A stretch of 62,795 nucleotides of DNA, the filler included, from Choristocarpus tenellus KU-1152 (Eukaryota; Protista; Phaeophyceae): NCBI GenBank assembly GCA_964200185.2. It is 15 parts of 15 records of this genome, joined end to end, with 100 filler letters (N's around TTAATTAATTAA, not from the genome) between each part and the next. Parts side by side here need not be neighbours in the genome. Positions count along the whole stretch, not along the records: positions 1 to 4,131 come from CAXNAD020016064.1; positions 4,232 to 6,912 come from CAXNAD020025699.1; positions 7,013 to 10,809 come from CAXNAD020017867.1; 12 more parts are not named here. One strand, given 5' to 3'. Positions within the stretch are counted from its first letter, which is position 1. Every line of letters begins with the position of its first letter. Positions 1 to 10,909 of this stretch are shown here, piece by piece. A program made the position numbers and the translations under genes. A model generated the notes under the pieces. That model did not search any database. It was not told the DNA's origin and saw nothing but the letters and a program-made list of their open reading frames with translations.

Positions 1-468
1 ACCAGCAACGTACTATACTGCTGTATGGTAGCATGACTCAGGAAGAAAGACACTTTTCGCGAGAAATGTTTACGCGCGCGCCAAACTCGCGTGCATATCT
101 CTGGTATTTTGTGTCAAATCGCCCGAATACGAGAATTCCGGTACAAAAGTCTATTTTTTGAGCATGTCGAAAAAGCAGTACAAAATGGGATTTGGTACAT
201 AATACTTGGCATAAAATCGGGGTAGGTACTGTATAACGTTTGAAGTTTGTTTCAGGTTTAGGACAAGAACAATATTTCTTGTTTGTAAGGGAAGGTTAAC
301 GTACACTATAATCTCAATTTCGACACTATTTGTGTTCATTTGTGAAGAATATGCTGAAGGTGAATATTTATAACAGAATAGTTACAACCGTTCCTATCTG
401 CAGTTTGGTGATGTCAACCTTAGTCGTCGAGTTGTAACACTCTAAATTGACACAGAGCTTGGTAAGTC

Positions 469-3400
469 ATGTTTCCTGCCACATCTATTAGTGAGGTGGT
501 ATGTTTTTACCTTCTTTGGCTGGGCGTTTGGAGTCCCCCTACAAGGGCGACATGCGTGGTGTCGCCGGCGACTGTCGTGGTCGGAATCGAGACTGGGACA
601 CCTATCACGTTCGTGTGTGAGGAGGGAAGTTTCGTCTCTTCGTTACAGATATATGCATATAGCTTCTTACTGAATGGCATACGCATTTACTGCTCGGATG
701 GTGTAACTATTAGTGATTGGATGGGAGGTAGCTCTACTTTGACAGGCAGACTGACTCCAGTGGCCTGCGACGGGGGCTTGGTTGCCATGTCTGGCGGGGC
801 TTATAGCACGCCAGGCGAATACTACGGGATCATAGGGAAGGTTAGCTTCTACTGCTATAGTGGCGATGCTCCAAACTCTGGCGCCTGGCTAGATCCATAT
901 GCGTGAGTGTTGACAGTAGTGGGTAGGTGCAGAAATACACCTTTGGCTGGAAGTGTATCGCTTGAACATTGTACCTTGATGTTTTAGGCCATAAGGCTGT
1001 GCAGTTCAGGACGGTGAATTACAACTAACTAGTTTGTATTATAGCAGCTGTATCCCTTACGCTACCATGTATCTTAATGTGAGACAAACTGATGGAAGAG
1101 AGCATAAGAACAGAACCTTTCCCGTTCCCCATTCTTCCCCTGTTCAGTTGGGAGGCAGATGCGACTTATAACGAGGATCTGGTGTCCTCTTGTGAGCCCG
1201 GATCCTATGCAGTGGGTGTTCAGAGTTATGGCACTTCTAATATGTATGGAATGAGATTGATGTGTGCTGGGTTGAGCCAACCCTCCTGCCCAGTCCCTGC
1301 GGGGTTGCTTATGGAGGTAGAAAGCCCAACTTCAACGCCAGCACCAATGCCGATGGTGACTCTGAGCCCAAGCCACCTGGCACCTAATAATAATACAATC
1401 ACATCAACAGAGACACCTTACACAGAGACCCCGATTGTAACCAGCCCTTCGGCGGTTGTACCAGGTGATACGCCCCACTTCATTTCAAGACCATTTTATC
1501 TCCTAATCAAGTTCACTGTTCGTTGTACTCTCACTTTCAAGGGGATCTAACTGCAGTGGTTTTTGTTGCCCTTCTAGTTGGCTTCACCCTTGTTTACAAT
1601 AGAATCAGTATAAACAATATTATTGATTTTCCTGGATCTCAATTTCTCACATCTCCACTTCCTTCCCAAGACTGACACCTGTCTCTTGTCGCTTGCCCAA
1701 GCTTCTCCAGCACCAGCAGTACCTATGCCAAAGGTCTCCAGTAGGCCCACTTATCACATCGGCAGATTCAGAAGGATCAGCGCATTTGATGCCCCCTGCC
1801 ACTGCATTCTCATAAGTTCAACCACCCCTGCTGCCCCTGTTCACTTGGCACCAATCATAACCCCAGGTTCACCAGCGCCCACCACTGCACCCCTGGGTGA
1901 CACAAGCGTTTCTGGGAGGATTGGTGATGACTGTACTTCTGTTGGTTGTCGGACAGGACTCTGCTGCTCAATATCGGCAGTATGTGGTGAAAGTAAGCGG
2001 TGAAGATAAATGGAAAGACCACATTTAAACGTTTCTCTCATCAGAGGAGAGTAGCCTGGTACCCCCATCAACTTTAAAGGTTTTAGTTTTTTACCTCACA
2101 GGGAAGGGAGGTGAATCTTTCCTATGAGCTCAAAAGGCTTGCTGAAATGCAAGTCTGTCCTCCTTGTAGAGGTGGAAATGAGATTTTCTTAACCATTTCT
2201 GTATTTGCTTGATAATTCAGTGCTCAAGACTCTGCACTTGGAAACTGTTGTTTGTCCTTCTATTATTGTTTGGCTTAACACGATGGAGTGATAGATCGAG
2301 GCTCATATGGTTCTTTTGTTTATTGTCAACAAGTTACTCTTTTGAATTCCTAGTATATTTTTTCACTGCAAAGTATTCCAGAAACGTCCTGGACTAGTCT
2401 TGAGCTATTCTTTCAAGAACAGAGTGCCATATTGATTCTCTTTGGTTGTATTCCTAATGTTCTTCCAAAGGCCTATCAATCTGCACACTCTGTGCACAAA
2501 GACTACTATTAGAGCCTAGTTGGATAGCAATACCCAGTGACAAGGAAGGCAGTTGTGAAGCTTTCTCAAGCTATGTGTTCATGAACATGTAACAGCCCAC
2601 ATGAAACATTATTTTGGGCGTTTGGTTGTGCTACATAGGGCTCAATCTGTTTTCGAGCCTAGGTGCAGATCAAAAATAGCATGGCTTCACTCACCCCCTT
2701 TCATTCACACCACAGCAACTTTCTCTGATGACACACATTATGGATTATGCACTGCTGTCCTTGGATGTGCGTGTAATGCTTTGGATGGAAGATGAGGATT
2801 TCTGCAGACTGGGGCTCTGTTGTGAGGATGCAAGTGAAGACCATTGTGTGTCAGGTGGGACAGTAGTGAGTGCAGCATTGACCTTTCCCCTGCTTCTGAG
2901 GACCGATCACACTGTAGATGTAGACAACAGAGGTAGTGCCTGCCGGAAGACTCACTTTGAGGGCATATCCTCATGTGCTATGAAGTTCTGTATTTTCAAA
3001 AGTACATGCTTTGCGAATATATGTTTCTAGTGTCCTTTTCCACTGTTCTGTATCCCCAAGGTGGCCCGCTAACTGACTTACTCCTGATTTTTTTTTCTCG
3101 TGATAATGTAGGCTGTAGGTGGTTGATTGAATCCACCACCTCTAAGAGCAAAAACCAATTGCACGGCATCAAGTTGAACTCACAGTCAACAAAGGTGCAC
3201 AAAGTGTTTCCTGGTCGTGAGTGGAATGCTGAACGACTTACGTCAAACATGATTGCTTTTTATCCATCAGCAAAGGTCCAATTTCCTGTAATTGATTTTG
3301 TACTCCAAAGCATCTGGAAGCCTCATATTTCACCCATCAGTGCCATGGAAGACTCACTAAAATTGCCACCCACACATTAAATGCTTGATGTGTGCAAGTA

Positions 3401-3854
3401 GCACCTCTGAGACGGCACAATTGGGTAGGTAGGTTTCCATTCACCATTTTCCTTTTGACCGAGAATGGCTGATGCTGCAGGTAATTGGCCTTTGCTTGCA
3501 AAATGAAATTGCTTAGAGTTATTGAAACTGTCAACTCCACAACCCTCATCTGAATCCTGTAACCCTGATCTTCCTTCTCCCTGTCCCCAACTTCTCATCT
3601 CTGACTGGCCTTCCTGGACTTCAAACTTAGGCTCCACTATATGTGAAACGAGCGAATCAACTCCTATTTGGGAATATGATTGGTTTTGGGTAATGCTCGG
3701 GGCTATTGGTGGTCCATTTTTATATGTGCTCCAGTGGTATCTATGTGAAGATCCTGTCCGGAAAATTTTGCAACGTTTGTTTCTTTTAAGCAGATGTAAT
3801 CGAGTTAGTACCACAGATACTTCTGGCCTTTCAGTTTTGTTACAGGGTGAATAA
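469..3854 (+). CDS. Spliced Cys-rich type I membrane protein: signal peptide, lectin/beta-prism-like repeats, Pro/Thr stalk, hevein-like Cys modules and C-terminal TM helix; possible frameshift
   Basis: Phase-compatible GT-AG exons at about 469-902, 1148-1464, 1702-1992, 2716-2854 and 3517-3854 (TAA). Hydrophobic N-terminus; repeats FVCEEGSFVSSLQ..NGIRIYC and SSCEPGSYAVGVQ..YGMRLMC; PT-rich linker; CTSVGCRTGLCCSISAVCG; TM segment WFWVMLGAIGGPFLYVLQW. Exon 2716-2854 needs a 1-nt frameshift near 2787, and intermediate exons are uncertain. Confidence 0.65.
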
Positions 3855-4131
3855 TGTGGGAAACATTGTAGATAGTCTATACTCTTGACGCTTGCAAGTC
3901 CCGAAGAAGAACGAGGATTTGTGTTTTAAGCATTTTTGTTATTACACTTAGAATGGTTCCTCTATCGGTGAGGATAGGATAAAATTGTAGAAGAAAAGAA
4001 GTGACTACAAAACTGAAAGGGGGGACTTTGCAACGTCCAAAGTCCGTTAGTGGAAGTGTATTCAGGAATCCGTAACACCTCAAGACCTTTATCATATCGA
4101 CACTTTATCCCAGTCAATTTTGGGTCAAGCC

Positions 4132-4231
4132 NNNNNNNNNNNNNNNNNNNNNNNNNNNNNNNNNNNNNNNNNNNNTTAATTAATTAANNNNNNNNNNNNN
4201 NNNNNNNNNNNNNNNNNNNNNNNNNNNNNNN
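4132..4231. other. Artificial contig-joining linker, first of 14
   Basis: Exactly 44 N + TTAATTAATTAA (stops in all six frames) + 44 N. Identical 100-bp linkers start at 4132, 6913, 10810, 14238, 17472, 21065, 24876, 28873, 32767, 37781, 43541, 51192, 56060 and 59848. A separate 10-N gap lies at 61619-61628. Confidence 0.98.
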
Positions 4232-4935
4232 GGGGGGCTGCAATGATTTCGTTTGATCGTTGTGCAGATGTATGTCCTGTGTTGGATTGCTTGCTTGAAT
4301 AATTAGTGGGGTCGGGGAAGTCGTTTGACTGTCGATGGTGGAGGTGATAGAAAAAAAAAGTAGTTCAATGTAGTTTCTTTCGGGGCGGCGTTTCATCGTC
4401 ATTATGGATGGTTGACTGACAAGAAGAGAAGAAGTGTTATTTTCCCATATTATTAAATTGTTTATCAATTATTGCTATCGTCCCCAAGTAGAAGAAGAAG
4501 CTAATGCTGAGCGCATATAATTGTTGACATTATATGATGATCAACCTCTTTGCACGAATATGTCAGTCATGCCCGAATTATCGTTTGTTGCGATCTGCCC
4601 CCCCTCCCACACCCTGCCAGATACGCCGATCTGCATTTATCTATTTTCTCGGGAAACTTGTTTGACTTTTGTCACATATCGTAAGAGAACAACAGGGAGA
4701 AGAGGGAGAATAAGTCGACAACAGGCCAGAGCAAAAATATGGTCACAAGAAAAATCTTCTTTCACATAAAATAAAAAAAAACACCAGCTTTATCAATTTG
4801 CTGCTCATTCGTTTATCCCTCCTCCCCCCGCCACCGCGCGAAACTGTGCACGTCACCTGAAGCAAAATGGGCGCCGACTCTGGTAAGCATGTTATCAGGA
4901 GTTCAACAGACACACGAACAACTTGCTTGAACTAA

Positions 4936-6912
4936 CTACTGGACGAACGAGGCATCATCAACAAAAAACACTCCCGTATGCTCTGTTTGCCATTGGTCAA
5001 TCATTACTTTGCCAACATGTGCGCCCACCCGCCTCTCCACCTCCCCCCCCTTCCCGCCCTCCGTCCTGATTCTCTTCTTCTGTTCGTCATTCCCTTCATC
5101 CTCCTCTCTATCATACACTTCATCATCCTCTTCTTCCTCTTCATCCTCCTCCGCGTCGCTGACATACTCCGGCTCATCTTCCGGCGCAGAATCACCGGCG
5201 CCCCTCCATACCTCGCGACCTTTCCCCTTTCCACCCGTGTGGGAAGAGGGACACTTGCGCTTTCTAGTGGTGATTGGCGTCAAGTCCGAGTCCGAATCCA
5301 TCACTTCGAACCCACGAGAACGCACTACCGTAAGACCCGGGAGCACGTTGAATGGTGATCTCGTGTCATTCTTTGCCCGGGGTTTATACACTCTCCCGAC
5401 TACAGGCGTGACGAACATCTGCCCGGGGCCAACCTGGGAGAAGGGGAGAAGGACCTCGTCACAGCTTCCGCTCTGCGGAACTTTTGACATGAATTCAATG
5501 TTGGCGTCACCTGCCTTCTCGGTCCAACGCATGTAGTAGAGAGGGCAAGTGGCTGCCACACACAAGTAGAGCTCTGCACGCGGCCCACACACCTCCATTC
5601 CAGGCAAAAGCATGCGCTTGAGTTGTCTGTTGTTGGCCACATGAAGCAGCCGAATGCATTGTTCTTCTTGGTCGTGAAGAGAGATTGAACAGAAGGCCTC
5701 TGATCAAGAGTTACACACTTGGAGATCACCCCATGCAGGGAGGTCATTTGCGCCAATCTTGTAGTCTTTCCCTTCAAGCGGGAATAAGGCCATTTCTGCG
5801 GGATTCGAGAACGAGCTTGCACACGGTTGAGCATTGTGGAAAACAAAGACAGCGGTGGGGTTGGGGGGGGTGGAGGGGTGTTGGGAGGGGGGGGGGCAGA
5901 GTTTGGTCATTCATGAATGTAATGCTTGAATCAAAGTATCTTAGAGGGTAGAGCTGCGTCCATTTGGGGACCAAAATCCAATGTTGGAATTTTGATGTAA
6001 TTTTGGCTATCATGACATACCGACGCTCACACACAAAGTCTTGAGGTCTGCGATTTCCGTTTGTGGTATGTGTAACCACGTGCACCATGTGAGTAACGTG
6101 TAAATATCGACAAGGAAACATCACTACAACAATCGCACGCCCAAGACCTATCCATAGGAGAACAAGACAGACAACAAGTTGGAAAGCAATGGGAAAAAGC
6201 CAGCACACGTTTGTTACGTTCCACTTGCCGTCCTTGTAGGCTTGAGCGAAGGAGGTCTCCATTTTCTCTTGAACCTCGTCCTTGCATGCCGCGTTGGACA
6301 CGAACATCTCCATCCTCCTGCTCCATTCAAGGGCCGCCTCCACCACGTTGTGCCTCTCTACGCTGAAGGAGACGACGGTGTCCCCAGCATTCGTGTACCT
6401 ATCATAGGAGAGCAGTTCGTCAATTATCCCGAGGAGTACATTGTATTGCGCACGGATTCATCATATCACACGTCAAAGAGTAACTTACCGATACAGGGCA
6501 ACACACTCTTGGTGTGGACAGACGCTTAACTTAATGATTTGTGGAAGGTCACTCGTGGTATGGTTTGACGCCCCTGAATCGTCACCCAGCTTGTTGTGTT
6601 ACTGTTTAACGATGTTCTACACCTGTACAAAAAAAGTCGCTGCTACCGTGAAGAAGGGTGTGTGTGACCTTATTAATGAACCTGTTAACGAGGAGGTGGA
6701 GGGCCCTCATGGGGATGTCCGTTGCAGTACCTTGGTATTCGACGTCACACATGGTTTGGAGTACAACAGGAGATGAATCACACCCATGGCCAAAGATGTT
6801 GTCGACGGTGACTCGCTTGTTGCATGTGAACTCTGTCCCACTGTTGTGCGCGAGAAGAATCATGTCCTGGCAATATCTGAGATGGTTATCAGTGCCTGCG
6901 AGAGGGCGCCCC
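4936..6912 (-). pseudogene. Spliced, disrupted gene of unknown function, possibly transposon-borne, with an acidic/basic C-terminal tail
   Basis: Coding-like frames run from the contig end to the stop at 4936. There is a clean phase-2 90-bp intron at 6399-6488 (GTAAGT..TAG). Stops and a frameshift occur near 6600-6635, an in-frame TGA at ~5704, and a MITE fragment at 5928. The tail contains RKRK and E/D runs. Confidence 0.5.
5928..6015. mobile_element. MITE family B, partial copy
   Basis: GAATCAAAGTATCTTAGAGGGTAGAGCTGCGTCCATTTGGGG matches the reverse complement of the right end of the full copies at 42880 and 45010. Confidence 0.8.
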
Positions 6913-7772
6913 NNNNNNNNNNNNNNNNNNNNNNNNNNNNNNNNNNNNNNNNNNNNTTAATTAATTAANNNNNNNNNNNNNNNNNNNNNNNNNNNNNNNN
7001 NNNNNNNNNNNNGTGTGTCATGTACGTGAAGTTGAACACTAGATCGGAACGAGAAAGTCTTCTTGAAACAGGGTGGGTGGCAGAAAGGGTTTCCACTGTG
7101 GTACACAATGTAAGCCCAAATTGTGCCAGGTAAAACCATGTCTTCTTGATACTAACCAAAGAGTGAGGCAAGGACAACGTATTTCTTCACACCATTGACG
7201 GAACCTTTGATACAGGCGAGTAGCGTGAGCGTTTCTTCTTGTGTTCCAATGAAGTGCGAGCATTTGTTACACGCGAATAGCGCGAGCATTTTCTCATGTT
7301 TTAGGAAATACGAACATTTGTGACAGAAGCATAGTGTGAGGATTGTTTCTCGCGTTCTAACAAGTACGAACTATATAGGATATTAGTAACACATAGGTAG
7401 CCTTACAGAATAAATGATGATTTCGTAGAAGATGCAGAGTAAGATTCGGAATACCTACGTAACATTACAGAAGAAAGTGTCAAAGTCATTAAGAAGTTGC
7501 AGAATAAAAGGTTTATGATTGGTGTGCCAATAGAGCAGTTGCATAGAAGACCAAAGAAATTGGGTGGATGATGAAAATAATAAGAGGGATTTTGGCCAAA
7601 GTCATCTATCCCACTTGCCGCCAGTCCTTACTTTTTATCTTGAATGAAACTTTGAGTCGAGCTTTGAGCTAAGCACTCAGTGGAAGATCAAGACGACAAG
7701 GACACCTGACACCCTACAAACCGTTGTAAGGGGGCAACGCCCCCATAGCGTCGTTTTAAGGTCGTTGGCTTT

Positions 7773-7818
7773 GAGTTGTACATCCTGTGGAGGTGAGTTC
7801 CGAGGGGTGCCTGTAAAC
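7773..7818 (-). mobile_element. ~46-bp terminal sequence of the TG..CA element
   Basis: The reverse complement is nearly identical to 26005-26050 (CCCCTCGGARCTCACCTCCACAGGATGTACAACTC). Confidence 0.65.
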
Positions 7819-8005
7819 CTTTTAGGTTACCCTTGAAGTGCTGCGGCGCTTGTTGTGAAGCTCGTACCATACCACTCCAGAATGTCATCTAGACCCAGTT
7901 GCACTGACAACTACTCTAATATATGTTGGAGAAGATTGAATTATGACAATAGCGTGTGAAATGGTGATTACCCCGTATCAACAGTAGTTCCAAGTTCGAA
8001 GTACG

Positions 8006-8183
8006 GGCCCAAAGTATCTAGGTGGGGGGTGAGGTTTAAACCAGGGTGTCCATTTGGACCAAATTCAGTAAGAGTGAATTTAAATGATCCATCCGACATA
8101 TGCAACCAAATTACACAAAAATCGCAACATGAAAAATTGACCCCAAATGGACAATCGCCACTCCCCCCTAGATACTGTGAGCC
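8006..8183. mobile_element. MITE family A, complete 178-bp copy
   Basis: TIRs GGCCCAAAGTATCTAGG / CCTAGATACTGTGAGCC, with 4-bp TSD TACG at 8002-8005 and 8184-8187. The body matches copies at 17384, 20901 and 55907 in the opposite orientation. Confidence 0.88.
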
Positions 8184-8237
8184 TACGTAGTGATAATCAA
8201 GACTCAATTGTACCCGAGAAATTTCGAGAAGATGAAG

Positions 8238-8550
8238 TAATGATAATAGTGTGTGGAATGATGAATACCGTATATATCAAGCGAAGTTCGAAGTACATCG
8301 AGGTAAAGAAATAGGTTGATATTTTGGTATTGATTGAAAGGGAAATGTGAAATATAAAGGCCACACACCGCTCGTAGAGTAGCGATTCATGTAATGATAA
8401 TAATGTGTGGAATGATAATTACCGTATATCAACAGGATTTCGAAGTACGTCCTCATGGTAAAGAAATATGTAGATATTTTGGTATTGGTTGAAAGGGAAA
8501 ATATGAAATATGAAAGCCGTACTCCACACATAGAGTAACGATTCGATGTA
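8238..8550. repeat. Diverged ~155-bp tandem repeat: two units plus an upstream partial unit interrupted by the MITE
   Basis: AATGATAAT..GTGTGGAATGAT..TTCGAAGTAC..GATATTTTGGTATTG..GAAAGGGAAA occurs twice, with a partial copy at ~7942-8005. Confidence 0.8.
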
Positions 8551-10389
8551 ACGATTAAGAAAATACTGCGACTATTGATATACCGTGACCTTATTTTATG
8601 CACTGGCTCGTATCGTACCGAGGAGAATGAAGTGATCAAACTGCAAAGATTATTCCGGCATTGGATATTTGGTTGGGGGGGGAAATACCAACTACTTACT
8701 TTACTTTTTCAGGGTAGTTCCTAACCTACACTGCCACTAAACCTCAAGATCTCTGCATCTATTTGTACGATCAATGGTAGAAATACTACTGCTACCGTGT
8801 TACAAGTGCTCTTAGCAGCACTTGTTGGAATGAAGCAGGGTAGTAGTACGGGAATACAAATAATAAGCAAGAAATGTGTATGTACGGAACTTTTAAAGAC
8901 TGGACCCAGAGTGTAGGATGCACGCCTTTCAAGAGCATGTATGTATACTGCTCATAAGAAAGAAATAGATCTCTTCCTTGCTTAAAAGGTCTATACTCTC
9001 TCGAGATGGACTTCTTGACTGATCCACCTCCGAGTACACAAAGTGGTTGAAGGGTTGATAGAATTATAGCAAATGCGTCAACTTCATTTCTCGGCACAGT
9101 AGTAGTGGCAGATGGTGGGAGACTACTTGCACACTTCACACATCACCACAAACAACACACGAGGCCGGCTGCCCATGACTCGGGTTGATATATTTCATCA
9201 GATGCTTGGTACAAACACTGGAAAAATAAAGCAGGAGGAGCCATCCCAAGAAAATTTTGTACTCCGGAGTATAATACATGGAGGGGCTAGGGGATAATTT
9301 ACGAACAGCAACATTTCCAAAAACGAGTTGGCTGTATACATCACCTCGAGCCAATAGAATGCCTTGCAATATCCCCCATCCCTTCAACCTCGACAAGACT
9401 AGTAGAGTGTGCATACGTACAGGGAGGAGTTGGTCTGTTGTAGGGGTTCTGCAGCACGAGAGAGGGGTTGGTTTAGGAAGAAGTCAAGGAATGTTTGCAG
9501 CAAGCAGAAGCAGGCGTGCAGAATAGGTGGGCTCCGTGTTGTATGACGAATATAGAAAGTGCGCTGGATCGCTTCGTTAGCCTGAAATGTATGACAAAAC
9601 TGTGTTTTAATCAATGCGCGACTGGTGTGGTCTTGGCAACGGGTTGTGGAAAGACAGGTCCTACCTCAGTGTATTGTATATACGCGGTAAAATGCTCGGG
9701 GTCGTTTCCCGTGAAATGTGTTGCATTGCTCAGCAAGCGCTTGAGCCCATTTTGTGCGTAGCACTTCAGTAGCAGTGGTTGTTGTCGGGACCAGTGATCT
9801 CGTTTGGATAGAACGCCTGTTCATTATCCGGATACATTGTTACTCTGTTATAACGTACGATGCTAAAGCGTTTCAGGTTGTGTTGAAACCTTTGTCGTAA
9901 AGAGCTGTGTTATGCTAACGAGCCATGTGCTACAAGCCCAGGTGTGCACTCCTTCTATATATCTCTTGAATATACCACTACTCCAACTACTGTCATATAT
10001 TGCTACGTGTTCGTGTTCTCATCGCTACTCTCCGTGTGCGGCTGTGGACTGATCACACTATTATTAATACATACATCAAGTGCGTACACTCCAACCATGG
10101 CATGCAAAAGTACATGCACAATACTAGTTCTTTTCGTAATAATATTTGCATCACATCAGCCTGGGATTAACCCAAACCCGTGGTGAGAGAGAGAGGCACA
10201 ACACACCACGCTGCTTCTCGTAGTGCCTACCACTGTACCGATGTTGCACTACGACAACTGTACTGGCTCTGTTCCTGCCTGCCATGGTTGTGCATTTGGT
10301 TCAGCACTCCCACCGCTCGTCACTCCATCTCGTCACTCAACTCTTCCGCTGGACTCCCCCGAAGTGTTTTCACGTTTATCTTGGTCCAG

Positions 10390-10566
10390 TGTTTTCGTGG
10401 TATAGCCACAGGCAGGGTAGTACAGGTGTATAAACCCACTGAGCTTGCCACGCGGAATGGCATGGTGGAGACCAGACTTGCATGAAAATGCATCTGGCGT
10501 GGAAGGGTTCGAACCCGCTAAATGAATGCGAGTAGGCAACACGTATACCACTGAGGCACGAGAATG
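10390..10566 (-). mobile_element. tRNA-like Pol III element (A and B boxes), probable SINE head; 3' extent uncertain
   Basis: Minus strand reads GTGCCTCAGTGGTA (A-box-like) then GCGGGTTCGAACCC (B box) at tRNA-like spacing. The acceptor and anticodon stems do not pair. Confidence 0.55.
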
Positions 10567-10688
10567 ATTGGAGAGAGGATAGATTTGTTGTTGGGATTTG
10601 TTGTTAGTTAGGATGGAGAAACACAGGAAAGTATTGTGGGTAAATACGTTTTGATTTTATAATTAGGTGGGAGGTGAGTGCAAAGATC

Positions 10689-10809
10689 ATACTTACCTGA
10701 CGGGGGCTTGCCAGTGGTCAAGATGACTGGTGACCGCAGGGGGAGCAGGCTCTTGCACTTGGCCTAAAAACCATGGAGTGCTGTAATCCCTGCAGAAAGT
10801 TTCTTCGGA
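10689..10809 (+). ncRNA. U1: U1 spliceosomal snRNA or variant, 3' end cut by contig end
   Basis: Starts ATACTTACCTG, the invariant U1 5' end. SL1 is TTGCCAGT-GGTCAAGATG-ACTGGTGA with a 10-nt U1-70K-type loop. SL2 is GCAGGG..AGCA..TTGCAC..TGCT..CCCTGC, carrying the U1A core UUGCAC. SL3 begins TTTC-TTCG-GA. The Sm site is not in the contig. Confidence 0.88.
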
Positions 10810-10909
10810 NNNNNNNNNNNNNNNNNNNNNNNNNNNNNNNNNNNNNNNNNNNNTTAATTAATTAANNNNNNNNNNNNNNNNNNNNNNNNNNNNNNNNNNN
10901 NNNNNNNNN

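Noticed and set aside
10495-10566. Functional tRNA gene
   Set aside because: A and B boxes are present but the acceptor, D and anticodon stems do not pair.
10440-10570. HDV-like ribozyme on the + strand (GGCATGGT..GGCAACA)
   Set aside because: The nested double pseudoknot could not be built. The region is better explained by the minus-strand tRNA-like element.
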